From Mobula hypostoma (taxonomy: Eukaryota): a stretch of DNA of 64,000 bases. The stretch covers positions 13,082,001 to 13,146,000 of the forward strand of contig NC_086108.1 in NCBI RefSeq assembly GCF_963921235.1, written 5' to 3'. Position numbers and translations under genes: made by a program. The notes under the pieces were generated by a model. It ran no database searches. It was given only the letters and a program-made list of their open reading frames with translations, and was not told the origin of the DNA. The stretch's first letter is position 1, and each line of letters starts with the position of its first letter. Of this stretch, positions 26,000 to 39,118 are shown one piece after another.

Positions 26000-28720
26000 C
26001 AATTTGCAGGTTGAACTGGTGGTGAGGAAGGCAAATGCAATGTTAGCACTCATTTGAAGAGCACTAGAATATAAAAACAAGGATGTAATGTTGAGGTTTT
26101 AAAAAGCACTGGTAATGCTACACTTGGAGTATTATGAGCAGTTTTGGGCCCTTTATCTAAGAAATGATGTGCTGACATGAAAATGATTCCGGGATTGAAA
26201 GGAGCATTTGATGGCTCTGGGCCTGTACTCACTGGAATTCAGAAGAATGAGAGAGGATCTCATTGATACCTAGCAAGCATTAAAAGACCTCTGTAGAGTG
26301 GATGTGGAGAGGATGTTTCCTATGGTGGGGGAGTTTAAGACCAGATGACACAGCCTCACTATAGAGAGGTATTCATTTAGAATGGAGTTGAGAAGGAATT
26401 TCTTTCGCCAAAATGGTGAATCTGTGGAATTCGTTGCCACAGGCGGTTGTGGAGGCCAAGTTATTGGGTATATTTAAGGCTGAGGTTGATAGGTCCTTGA
26501 ATGGTCAGGGTATGAAGGGTTATGGGGAGAAGGCAGAAAATTGGGGCTGAGAGGGAAATGGATCAGCCATTATGTAATGGTGGAGCAGACTCAATGGGCC
26601 AAATGGTCTAACTGTACTCCTGTATCTCATGGCGGAGGAAAGGCAGACGAGCTTAGGGCATGGATCAGCATGTGGAATTACGATATTGTAGCCATTAATG
26701 AGAACTGCTTGCAGGAGGGTCCTGACTGGCAGCTCAGTGTTCCCGGACTCCATTGTTTTAGTTGCGACAGAGTGGGAGGGATTAAGAGAGGATCGATGAC
26801 GTTACTAGTCAGGGAGGTGGCACGGCAGTGGACAGACTGGAGAGCACGTCTAGTGAAGCTTTTTGGGTGGAACTGAGGAATATGACCAGGTTAATGGGAT
26901 TATATTATAGACTACCGAACAGTCTATGGGTTTCGGAGAAGTTTGTAGAGAGATCGCAGACGGTTGCGAGAAACATAAGGTTGTGATAGGTAATTTTAAC
27001 TCGTATGAGGAAATGAGACAGGGCAGGTGACAGGGGTTTGTGAAAGGGACCATAATACCTTTAGTTTCAAAGTAATTATTGGAAAGTATTCTAAATTGGA
27101 GGTCAATTTTGATGGTATCAAGATAGATCTGACAAATGTGGATTAGGATATGTAGGTTTTAGCAAAAGTGTACTTGGTAAATGGGAGGCCTTCAACAATG
27201 AAATTTTGAGAGTACAGAGTATGTTACTGTCAGAATAAAAGGCGAGGATAACAGGTTCAGGGAGCCTTATTTTTCCAAGAGATATTGTGGCCCTGGTTAA
27301 GAAAAAAGGAGGTACATAGCAGGTATAGGCAGGCAGGAACAAATTAGGTACTTGAGTATAAGAAATTCAAGAGAACACTTGAGAAGGGAATCAGGAGGGC
27401 TAAAATAAGGCAAAATGTTTCTCCAGAAGACAAGTTGAAGGAGAATCCTAAGATGCCCTAGCATGGGGCAAAATTGGTTGTCTGGTAATCTACGCGTGGA
27501 GATCAAAGAGATGCGGGAGATCTTAAATGTATTTTTTTTCATCTGCACTTAATGAGGAGAAGAATACAGAGTCTATAGATGTGAAGAAAAGCAGCAGCAG
27601 GTCATAGACCCTATAAGAGATTACAGAGGAGGAGGCATTTGCTGTCTTGAGGCAAATTAGGGTGAATAAATCCCCAGGGCCTGACAAGGTGTTCCCTCAG
27701 ACCCTGTGTGAGGCTAGTGTGGAAATTGCAAGGATAATTAAAACAACCTTAACCACAGGCATGATGCCAGAGAGTTGGAAGATAGCTAACGTTGTTCTGC
27801 TGTTAAGAAAGCTAGGAAGTTATAGGCTGGTGAGCCTGACATCAATAGTGGGAACATTATTGGAAGGGTGTTCTAAGTGACCAGATATATAGGTATTTGG
27901 ATAGAGGGGGACAGATTAGTCATAGTCAATATGGTTTTGTGCGTGGTAAGTCATGTCTAAATAATCTTATAGAGTCTTTCATGTAACTTACCAGGGAAGT
28001 TAATGAAAGCGAGGCAGTGGATGTTATCTACATGGATTTTAGCAAGGTTAACTGGATCAGTAAATTTGCATAAGACACTAAGATTGGTGGTGCAATGGAC
28101 AATGAGGAAGACTATCAGAGCTTGCAACGGGATCTAGACCAGCTGGAAGAATGGGCTGAAAAATGGCAGATGGAATGTAATGAAGACAAGTGCGAAGTTT
28201 TGCCCTTTTTGAGGACCAAGCTGTTGGTGAGGCCTAATTTGGAGTATTGTGTGCAGTTTTGGTCACCTCTCAAATAAGATTGAAAGAGTGCAGAGAAAAT
28301 TTACAAAGATGTTGCTGGGACTTGAGGACCTATTGAACATGTTAGGACATTATTTCCGAGAGTTTAAACATTTGAGGGTAGATTTGATAGAGGTATACAA
28401 AATATGAGGGGTATAGATAGGGCAAATGCAAGCAGGTTTTTTCCATTGCGGTTGGGTGAGGCTAGAGCCAGATGTCCTGGGTTATGGGTGAAAGGTGAAA
28501 AGTTTAAGGGGAACTTGAGGGGAAACTTCTTCACTCAGAGGGTGGCGAGAGTGTGGGACAAGCTGCCAGCAAGTTTGATTTCAATATTTTGGATATGTAC
28601 TTGGTATGAAGAGCTATGATCTGGGTGCGGGACGATGGGAGAAGGCAGTTTAATGGATTGGCTTAGACTAGATGGGTAGAAGCGCCTGTTTCAGTGCTAT
28701 AGTGGTCTATGACTCTGTGA
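26000..28720 (+). mobile_element. Degenerate CR1 fragments (a 3' end followed by an EN-to-RT fragment)
   Basis: Motifs YDIVAI.E..L, KSPGPDKVFP, YQSLQRDLDQLEEWAEKWQM, GNFFTQRV. Confidence 0.8.
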
Positions 28721-28895
28721 GGGATGGTCAAGGGCTGAAAGTGCAATGGAGAGAATGTGTCAGTGTGTGTTACGGTAACTGAAAGTGGTAGAGAAAGTGT
28801 GGTTCTGTGACAAGGAGAGGAGGTCTAACTGTGATGGTGAAATGTCCACTGTGACAAGGAGGATCGGTGCTAATGGTGGATTTCTTGCTCCACAG

Positions 28896-29021
28896 ACGTA
28901 GATGAGTGCAGCAATGCCACCATCTGTGGACCCAACGCCTACTGTCAGAACGTGGCAGCGTCGTTCCGGTGTCACTGTGACCAGGGTTACCAGATGGCAT
29001 CAGATGGCTCACAGTGTGTGG
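28896..29021 (+). CDS. LTBP4: LTBP4-like exon B, cbEGF (D)VDECSNATICGPNAYCQNVAASFRCHCDQGYQMASDGSQCV
   Basis: ttcttgctccacag acceptor, G|gtaaga donor, 126 nt. Has the CDQGY motif of the penultimate cbEGF before TB3. Confidence 0.85.
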
Positions 29022-30964
29022 GTAAGACCCGTGGTGGGAGGGAACTACCATGCTCAAGGTCACTCGAGTGTGGCAGGCGGTGACCACCAGTGAAACACTG
29101 GGTGACACCTATGGTTCTGGTCCTGGTGTCGAAAAATGTTATGAATCTCTGATGCTTCCCACCCCTCTCCATATTTCCCTCCCTCACCATTCTCCCTATA
29201 TCTCAGTCTTCTGCCTGTCACTCACTTCCTACTACCTTTTTCTGTCCTCTCTCTCCCCCTCTATCCCTTCCGTATCTCTCTGTCCCCATCTCTATTGATC
29301 TCTTTCACCCTCCTATTTCTCATACTCTTTCCCCTCTCTCAATCTCCCACCCCTTCCCTTCATCATTCCATGAGATCATAAGACCATTTGGTTCATCCAG
29401 TGTGCTCCACCTTTCCATCATGGCTGATTTATTATTCCTCTCAACCCCATTCTCCTGCCTTTTCCCTGTAACCTTTAATGCCCTTACTAATCAAGAACTT
29501 CTCAACCTCCACTGTGAATTCCATCACCCTTTGGCCAGAGAAATTTCTCCTCAGCTCTGTTCTAAAGGGACATCCCTCTATTCTGAGGCTGTGTCCTCTG
29601 TTTGTAGACTCCCCCAATTTGAGAAACATCCTCTCCACGTCTTCTCTATCTAAGTCCTTCAATATTCCATAGATTTCAATAAGATCCTCATCATTCTTCT
29701 AAACTCCAGCAAGTACAGGCCCAGAGACATCAGATACCCCTCATATGCTCACCATCATCATTATGTGCCATGTCATTTGACGTGGGTGATCTTCCCATTA
29801 CCTAGATTGTTTTTGGCAAGTTTTCCTACAGAAGTAGTTTGTCTTTGCTTTCTTCTGGGCAGTGCTTTTACAAGACGGATGACCTCAGCCATTATCAATG
29901 CTCTTCAGAGATTGTCTGCCAGTGATAATGGTCATACACCCAAGACTTGTGATATGCAAGTCTTCCATCCACGACCATCCACCACCTGCTGCCATGGCTT
30001 CAGGTGACCCCGATCCCAGGGATAAGCAGTGATATGGTGGGCCAAATTCATTACTTTTTGTAGGCTTTTCTGTTCAAAAGCATTGGTATTTCCATACCAG
30101 GCCATGGTGCACTACACATCTATAGAAATGGAATAGTGTATGATTTATGTGAATAGTTGTTTTAGAGTCAGCACATACTGGGTGACTGAAGGGCCTGTTT
30201 CTGTCCTGACCCTCTCTGTCATGCTCTGAGATGGAGTCACTGCCTATTAAGATCCCTGAGCCATTCAGGCCCTACCGTCACTGCAGCCTGCGCTGACGGG
30301 ACCCTGATCTCATTAACATTCTGTACTAACCCCGCACCTCACACTTCCTAGGACACTTCTTTACTCGGACATGGTACTCGGAAGCAGTGGGGTTAGGGGG
30401 TTGTTTTTCTTGTTCCGTTTTGTGCAGTTTGTTTTTTTTACGCATGGGGCGTGGGGTTGATGTGCTTGTGGCTGTTTGCACGCCTTGTTATTTTTCCACA
30501 TGGGGGTGGGGTTAATGTTTTTCTTTGAACTGGTTTCATGGTTTTCTTTGTTTTGTTGCTGTCTGGAGAAGACGAAACTCAGAGTTGTATACCACATAAA
30601 TTGATAATAAGTGTAGCTGAACCTTGCATTCATTAGGACCCTACACTAGTTAAGACTCTGTATTCACTCGGATCCAATGTGCAGAAGAATTGCATGATCA
30701 ATGTTACCTTGGACTTGTTATCACACCTGAATGCTGTTTTCATGAGAGGTCCGATTGTTCACCTGTGGCACAACATGGCCAGGTTCCTTCACCAGGACCC
30801 AATGTAGATGAAGGATTGTTCACCTGTATTGACCTGAAAACTAGCAATTCTGAAAACTGAATTCGAATCAGGTTTATTATCACTGATTTATGTCATGAAA
30901 TTTGTTGTTTTTGCAGCAGCAGTACAGTACAATACATAAAAAAACTATAAATTACAATAAGAAA

Positions 30965-31673
30965 TATATCTGAATTTCAGTTAATTGGGCCATTGGTTCA
31001 GTGGGACAGCCGCGTATTTGAGACAGGCTCTTAAAGAGCAAAAACAAATTGAGAAAGTAGCCGGGATTCCCTGTATTTATTTGGGACATTAATCTGCAGG
31101 AAACAGTTGCTGAACAGTTTCTAACTAGTATGACCGTTAGTCGCTACACCATGCTCAGAGTGAACAGATTTTAAATAGCGTCTGTTGTGTGTGTTTGTGT
31201 TCAAAACATCACTGATAGTTGGTGAGAAATAAGCAGTAAGACAATTCTGAACTGTTTTGCTCACCGCGGTTTCAAGCATTCAGGCCTAGAGATGCCAGAA
31301 ACAACTGAGAGTGAACATGAAACGTTTCGCTACTTCAACAAGTTAGGACAATGAAGAAATTGAAGGTATCAACAATTATCTTGAATGTTCTAATGAAAAT
31401 GAAGATTTGGAAGATACTATCATCTAAAGCATTATATGAAGGCAGTCCATTTTCTGCACTAGGTGTCTGCAGTAGAAACTAATACAAAGCTTCATAGAAT
31501 TAGTAGTGTTCTAATTTGTTCTGTATTTCATTTAAATACATAATTCATCACAGTTAAATGGTAGTTTAACTTTATAATACCTTCTTAACTATTTGCATGA
31601 AACTTCAGCTAACTGGGGACGACACTTAGCTGGGCCAAAATGGATGTGTGTCCCAATTAACCAGAATGCACTG
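30965..31673. mobile_element. Possible pogo/Tigger-like non-autonomous DNA transposon
   Basis: Imperfect TIRs ...cagttaattggg / cccaattaaccagaatgcactg with internal gggaca/tgtccc subterminal motifs. Confidence 0.45.
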
Positions 31674-32429
31674 GTGGAAGAGAAAGGAAAGAAAACAGTA
31701 AGGATGCTTACATGTCCATTTAGAAATCCGATGGCCAAGGGGTAGAAACTGCCCAGTGTGGGTCTTCAGGCTCCTATACCTTCCCCTTTGATGGTAACAA
31801 TGAGAAGAGGGCATGTCCTGGGCAATGGGGGTCCTTAATGATGGATGTGACCTTCCTGAGGCATCACCTTTTGAAGATGCTGGGGAGGCTAGTGCCCATG
31901 ACGGAGCTGGCTGTATTTGCAACTTTCTGCAGCTTTTTCCCGAACCTGTGCAGAGGAGTTTCCATACCGGACACCAATGCTACCAGTCAGGATGCTCTCC
32001 ATGGTGCATCTGTAGAAATTTGCGAGAGTTTAGTGACGTACCAAATCACCTCAAACTCCAGATGAAATATAGCCACTGATGTGCCTTCTTTGTAACTGTA
32101 TCAATATGTTGAGACCAGGATAGATCCTCAGAGAAGCTGACACCCAGGAACTTGAAATAGCCCACTCTTAAGAAAACTAAAAGAGTAGAGCAAAAAGGGA
32201 ACAAGAAGATAGTGAGGGGGTGGTTCATTGTCACTCCAGAAACATGTAGACATCTGTGGCAGATTCAAGCCAGACTAGGTCGTCATGTATGGGTCCGTCC
32301 CCCCACCCCACCCCCCACCCTTCCCGAAACAGTGACATAAACCTTTGTGCCTCTGTAAACACAGCTGAGTTCTTTCAACATTCCATTGCTTGACCAAATC
32401 TCGGTGGCTGACCTGTTTCTATGAAACAG

Positions 32430-32558
32430 ATTTTGACGAGTGTGTGGAATACCCGACGATCTGTGGCTCCAACTGTTGTAAGAACAGCCCCAGCTCCTTC
32501 CAGCGCATCACCGAGTGTGGAGTGGGATTCCAGCTGAGCCCTGCCCAGGGGTGCGTCG
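32430..32558 (+). pseudogene. LTBP4: Duplicated exon A' (D)FDECVEYPTICGSNCCKNSPSSFQRITECGVGFQLSPAQGCV; possible pseudo-exon or variant exon
   Basis: Copy of 20556-20684 with 7 substitutions, 6 of them nonsynonymous, including loss of EGF Cys4 and gain of a Cys next to Cys3. Splice dinucleotides and reading frame are intact. Confidence 0.7.
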
Positions 32559-33099
32559 GTGAGTCGCTCCTCATCTCTCTGAACCTGGTCACAGAGCTCT
32601 GCCTGATGATCAGTTCCCAGCCCTCAGCTCCATCTGTGTCCTTACCCAGTTTGTTAAACCAAGAGCACTTTTACAGAGCGAAAAGGGCACAACGTTGGAA
32701 CACAAGGACGTTAACAAGGAGACTATGTCTTCATTTCGCTGGAACATCTTCTCCTGCTTTATGGACTCTCAATGCAGCGTAATTCAAGACTTTGAGAATC
32801 ACCTTCAACCTCTGGCTGAAGCTGAAGGAACTCATTGCAATCATTTGTCACTGGTTGGTGAACTGGCCAAGGAAAGAATCAACCCATCGCAGGGAGTCTG
32901 TCTGAGAGTGTGATGGGGCATCTGAGTTTGCCATTGCTAGGTGTGTGAGATAGCCGTGGTGAAGGTGTGATGGAGTGACAGCGACAACCTGACAGCGTGA
33001 TAGAAGAAGTGTGATAAGGAGAGGAGGTTTAACTGTGATGGTGAAATGTCCACTGTGACAAGGAGGATCGGTGCTAACGGTGGATTTCTTGCTCCACAG

Positions 33100-33225
33100 A
33101 TGTAGATGAGTGCAGCAATGCCACCATCTGTGGACCCAACGCCTACTGTCAGAACGTGGCAGCGTCGTTCCGGTGTCACTGTGACCAGGGTTACCAGATG
33201 GCATCAGATGGCTCACAGTGTGTGG
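33100..33225 (+). CDS. LTBP4: Duplicated exon B', same peptide as 28896-29021
   Basis: One synonymous difference (GAC/GAT) from exon B. Acceptor and gtaaga donor are intact. Confidence 0.85.
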
Positions 33226-34607
33226 GTAAGACCCGCGGTGGGAGGGACTGAGAGTATCTATCAAGGATCGACCACGTTGGTTGAGATCACTCAGTGCCAG
33301 GTGGTGACCACCGGTGAAACACTGGGTGACTCCTGTGGTCCTGGTCCTGGTGTCGTAATGCAATGGGAATCTCAGTAGTAACTGGAACCATTGGCATCAC
33401 ACATTGAATTATAGAATCAGACAGCCGTCGATGAGGCTGTTCAGCTGTCCTTGTCTATGGTAGCACTCAGTAACCCTCTAAGTAGTCTTGCCATTGCATT
33501 TTTTTCCCACAGCCCGCAAATCTTTGTCCTTTGAATATTTTTCCAATTTTTTTCAATATTTTTCAACCTGATTTCTTTCATGCATCATGGAACAAGACAT
33601 GCTTCTATCTCCCTTTGCTTCAAAGTTCAAAGTACATTTATTACCAAAGTATGTATGTATTAGATTTGTCGCCTTACAGGCAGCCACAAAACAAAGAAAC
33701 CAAAAAGAACCCATATAAAAAAAGACCGTTGAACACCCAATGAGCAGAGAGAGAAAAACAAATTGTGCCAACAATAAAAGTAAACAAACAGCATTCAGAA
33801 CAAAAGTGAGTCCTCAGACACAAAGCCCAGAGCAGCCAGAACCGGCCCACAGCCTCAGCCCAGAACATGGTGGAGTCAATGTCGCAGAGCCCCGAGCAGC
33901 CGAGCAGGCTGACAGCTTCATGCTCAGTGCAGTGGAGAGCCAAGTGAAGGTCACAGGGCACTGAGCGGAACCAGCCCCACTCTTGCTTCTGGTCCCGACA
34001 CCCTTCCTTTTCAATCCATCTGCCTCTGCACTTAACTCATCCTCGCTGTAAGGCCTGGGCTCTGACTCATTGATACACTCTGATCCTGGACCCCGCAGCC
34101 ACTTTTCAGCCCGTACCTGACCTTTCCAAGTCGTCTATCCGTTACACGTTTCATGACCTGTAGCATCTCTTGCAAATCACTCTAAGTCCCTGCTTCTTCC
34201 TGCTTGCTCCCTCATAAATCTCCAGACTGCAGTATCTTCCAAATGTCTGGGCTCCAGAGGGTGAAGAGCTTCTTCATCACGAACACGACCCAGTGATTTA
34301 TAAAGATTTCACTTCATTTTCTCGCTTCATTACTCTTTGCCAAAACATCAAAACCCATGATCCTGTCTGCCTTAGTACAGCCAAATTCAGAAGCAGATTT
34401 AATATCACCAACATATGTCATGAAATTTGTTATCTTTTCAGCAGCAGTACAATGCAATACATGATAGTAGAGAGAGAAAAACATGAATTACAGAAGATTA
34501 TATTTATATATAAAATAGTTAAATAGGTAGTACAAAAACAGAAATAAACAAGTAGTGAGGCAGTGTTCATGGGTTCATTGCCCATTCAGAAATCGGATGG
34601 CAGAGGG

Positions 34608-35471
34608 TGTTACGTACCCCGTAACTGGGTTGCCAAACCAGCAGAAATGGATCACTCAGTTGGAGTCTGGATTACTAGAACTAAGAAAATTTTATTAAAG
34701 AAACAAGCAACACAGTAATCGAAAGGATAATACATGCAACAGTTCAGCAATGATAAACACACATGTGCACAGAATTAAGATAACAGCATCAATCAAGCTC
34801 TATCATTGTCTAGGGGTAAATGACCAAATTTCAAAGTGACACAAAAGTTCAATCCAATTCAGTTCAGTTCACAGTAATCGTTGCCATGGCGATGGACAAC
34901 ATGGGGGGAGGGAGAGAGAGAGAACGAGAACGACTGATCATTCAGAACGGCTTCCACTCACAGACCGGCGATATGGCTCACAAGCAGCTTCCGGGCGGGT
35001 CCTTGGTGATGTCACCTGAGGTCACCGACTGTGACCCCTCCTCCAGATGCGGTCGATCCTCTGCAGTGAACCCGGCACCCAAGCGAGGGCGGACACACAC
35101 CGGGTTCCTGCTGATCGTACCATTCCACCCTGTGCGTTTAAGGTCCGGTACTTCCCACCGACTCATGACAGGCGCACCGCTTCCAGGGTCTCGTTACCTC
35201 GGGTGTCGTGTGTGTCCTGCCTTAGCGAACCTGTCCCTTTTTATCCCCCTGCTGGGGTATCGCCTGTCCATCACTTCAAACAGTTCAGGGTTCAAAGGGG
35301 GAGCCGCTCTAGACAGCTCTCTCTCCCGTCCCTTCATTACACATCTCCAGACGCTGCTCCATTGTTCCTTATCTCTCCTTCCCCTGAGGACAGGTGGCAG
35401 ACCACTTGCTGATGCCACTGATGCTAACCCAGGCCAGCAAACATCTTAATTTTATGTGTATTCTCGTCACA
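34608..35471 (-). repeat. 3' LTR (864 bp)
   Basis: Direct repeat of 41117-41979; adjacent to the PPT, read on the minus strand as aaaggggggaag. Confidence 0.95.
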
Positions 35472-37395
35472 CTTCCCCCCTTTAAGGATTTTTACCGGGA
35501 GGTAAAAATTACAAACATGAATACATTATTTGATACACACACAAATATACATCTTTATCTGCTATTTGGCTAATACAGAGAATTTGAAGTTGTCAACACC
35601 TTGACAGACAGTCATCACATTTTCTGTCCCTTTTATATGTGTTATCAATAATCCCTTAGACCAGGCTCCAACTCAGCAAACTTCATAGTGGCCAAAAACA
35701 CTGATGAATTGCGATCAATGTAACCTCTCATTTGGTTTTGTCCCGGACCACAATAACAAGGGTCGTCCCATTCCGACTCAGTTTTCTCTCGCAAGGGCTT
35801 AGTAGGAGGGGGAGGGTTAGTGACCGCAGAGTTATTGCAAAACTTCCTACAGTACCCCACCTTCTCCAAGAGCCTTCTGAGGGCCCTCTTGTCTGTCGGG
35901 GTTGGGAGGTCAGCGATAGCCTGCACTGTAGCTTGCATCGCTGCCAGCTGCCCCTGTGTCACCACAATTCCCAGGTAAGTGACCCTCGTGTGGCCGAATT
36001 CATTTTCTTCAAGGTTCACGATCTAGCTGGCTTCAGACAGCCGTATTAAATTGCCAATACACACCTCTGTGTTCGTCAGCCCTTTAGTCACTGAATTACT
36101 CATTATATATGAATGTTGTTTACTAGGCTAGCCTATTGTAACAGACATCACCCAACGTCCCAGTTTTTTGCATCGCCTTGGGACAATCAAGCACACGGGT
36201 GCGAGTCGTTTAATTACTTCTGCTAAAGATTCGCTTTGTTCGGGGATTAAGGGAGAGACCTTATCAGTAGACCTGGCCAAAACAATAGCCTTCTCCCATC
36301 TGATCGATCCCATACTAATTTTTTCAAAATGTTTTTTTTCTCTTATCAGGGGGCCCCTAGCTTCATTGATTTCCACGCTAACCCCGACTAGGTTTGTTAG
36401 CATATCAAAAGCCGGTGACCGTCTCAGTTCGCGTCGGTCATGATCAATAACATTTTCCCCCCTGGGCAGCCAGTAAATCTCTTTCATGATTCCACCAACT
36501 GTTTCCTCCAGCACCGCAAAATGTCCACCGGGGGGTACCTCGTGGGCCATGTTAAAAACCTCATCCCCATAACTCTTTTGCACCACCCCCCACTCCTCAT
36601 CTGCCAGTACTGTACTTGATTTCCCTTTTTTCCTTAGCACTTCCTCCTCCACACAATAGCCTACTAGTTCCCTTGTTAAAGCTGTGTCAGAGAGAGCTGT
36701 CTCCAGCACAAATATCAACTGCTAATGACAGTTCTGAGGCACAAGAGTTTATGAAATCTGCTTCTAGCTAACAAGTTACCTAAGTGAAAGATTAGTCATT
36801 GGGGGCATTCCAAGCTCAACAACAGCTGTTCCCTTGAATAGAGTCTGGAATCAAGGACCATACTCTCAGAGGGTGATGCAGGTTGAATAGTTTTCCATTA
36901 ATCCTGTAGATTAGCTCAATTCCAATAGAAGCTTGTTAAAGACAAGTTGCAGCAAATCAATGAGAAAGATTGAAATATCTGTTGGAGCAATAATGCAGCT
37001 TTGGCACCAATGTGTATTAAGTTTAGCTCTGTAGAGGGCCCACTACGGTTTGCATGTTATAATGAAATAAACATTAAGTGGTGCAAAATTTCTACAGACA
37101 GCCACTTTTGAGAAGGATAAACTGAATGAAGGATTTAAAAGGGTCAAATGCTTCTCCCTTATTTCATTTTGGGGTTGTTGTGTTATGATATTCCTGTATA
37201 TTCTGCCTCCACTGGAACAAATTAAGTATCTGTCAGAGAAGAACTCTTTGCCAGGCAGTTGAAAAGGACCCTAGTAAGCACTTCCCTGTAACAGCCATCA
37301 GGAGACTCTTCTTCAGTTATCATATTTAGATTTGTATACTTCCTTTAAAATGTCATAATTGTAGTATTTCAAAGGTTCTTTGGAAAATCTCCCCA

Positions 37396-39118
37396 TTCAC
37401 TAAGGAGGACATAAATAATCTTCCAGAAATAGTAAGGGACAGAGGGTCCAATGAGATGGAGGAACTGAGTGAAATACATGTTAGTAGGGATGTGGTGTTA
37501 GGTAAATTGAAGGGATTGAAGGCAGATAAATCCCCAGGGCCAGATGGTCTGCATCCCAGAGTGCTTAAGGAAGTAGCCCAAGAAATAGTGGATGCATTAG
37601 TGATAATTTTTCAAAACTCGTTAGATTCTGGACTAGTTCCTGAGGATTGGAGGGTGGCTAATGTAACCCCACTTTTTAAAAAAGGAGGGAGAGAGAAACC
37701 GGGGAATTATAGACCGGTTAGCCTAACGTCGGTGGTGGGGAAACTGCTGGAGTCAGTTATCAAGGATGTGATAACAGCACATTTGGAAAGCGGTGAAATG
37801 ATCGGACAAAGTCAGCATGGATTTGTGAAAGGAAAATCATGTCTGACGAATCTCATAGAATTTTTTGAGGATGTAACTAGTAGAGTGGATAGGGGAGAAC
37901 CAGTGGATGTGGTATATTTGGATTTTCAAAAGGCTTTTGACAAGGTCCCACACAGGAGATTAGTATGCAAACTTAAAGCACATGGTATTGGGGGTAAGGT
38001 ATTGGTGTGGGTGGAGAATTGGTTAGCAGACAGGAAGCAAAGAGTGGGAATAAACGGGACCTTTTCAGAATGGCAGGCGGTGACTAGTGGGGTACCGCAA
38101 GGCTCAGTGCTGGGACCCCAGTTGTTTACAATATATATTAATGACTTGGATGAGGGAATTAAATGCAGCATCTCCAAGTTTGCGGATGACACGAAGCCGG
38201 GTGGCAGTGTTAGCAGTGAGGAGGATGCTAAGAGGATGCAGGGTGACTTGGATAGGTTGGGTGAGTGGGCAAACTCATGGCAGATGCAATTTAATGTGGA
38301 TAAATGTGAAGTTATCCACTTTGGTGGCAAAAATAGGAAAACAGATTATTATCTGAATGGTGGCCGATTAGGAAAAGGGGAGGTGCAACGAGACCTGGGT
38401 GTCATTATACACCAGTCATTGAAAGTGGGCATGCAGGTACAGCAGGCGGTGAAAAAGGCGAATGGTATGCTGGCATTTATAGCGAGAGGATTCGAGTACA
38501 GGAGCAGGGAGGTACTACTGCAGTTGTACAAGGCCTTGGTGAGACCACACCTGGAGTATTGTGTGCAGTTTTGGTCCCCTAATCTGAGGAAAGACATCTT
38601 TGCCATAGAGGGAGTACAAAGAAGGTTCACCAGATTGATTCCTGGGATGGCAGGACTTTCATATGAAGAAAGACTGGATGAACTGGGCTTGTACTCGTTG
38701 GAATTTAGAAGATTGAGGGGGGATCTGATTGAAACGTATAAGATCCTAAAGGGATTGGACAGGCTAGATGCAGGAAGATTGTTCCCGATGTTGGGGAAGT
38801 CCAGAACGAGGGGTCACAGTTTGAGGATAGAAGGGAAGCCTTTTAGGACAGAGATTAGGAAAAACTTCTTCACACAGAGAGTGGTGAATCTGTGGAATTC
38901 TCTGCCACAGCAAACTGTTGAGGCCAGTTCATTGGCTATGTTTAAGAGGGAGTTAGATATGGCCCTTGTGGCTACAGGGGTCAGGGGGTATGGAGAGAAG
39001 GCTGGGGCGGGGTTCTGAGTTGGATGATCAGCCATGATCATAATAAATGGCGGTGCAGGCTCGAAGGGCCGAATGGCCTACTCCTGCACCTATTTTCTAT
39101 GTTTCTATGTTTCTATGT
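37396..39118 (+). mobile_element. Young 5'-truncated CR1 LINE with uninterrupted RT ORF (37456-39018, 520 aa)
   Basis: Motifs KSPGPDGLHP, NYRPVSLTS, YLDFQKAFDKV, GVPQGSVLGP, FADDTK. Has a 3' UTR and (ttctatgt)n tail. Confidence 0.96.

Noticed and set aside
34820..35449. 209-aa ORF, and related ORFs at 41514-41957
   Set aside because: It lies wholly within the LTR, has no recognisable domain, and is broken in the second LTR copy.
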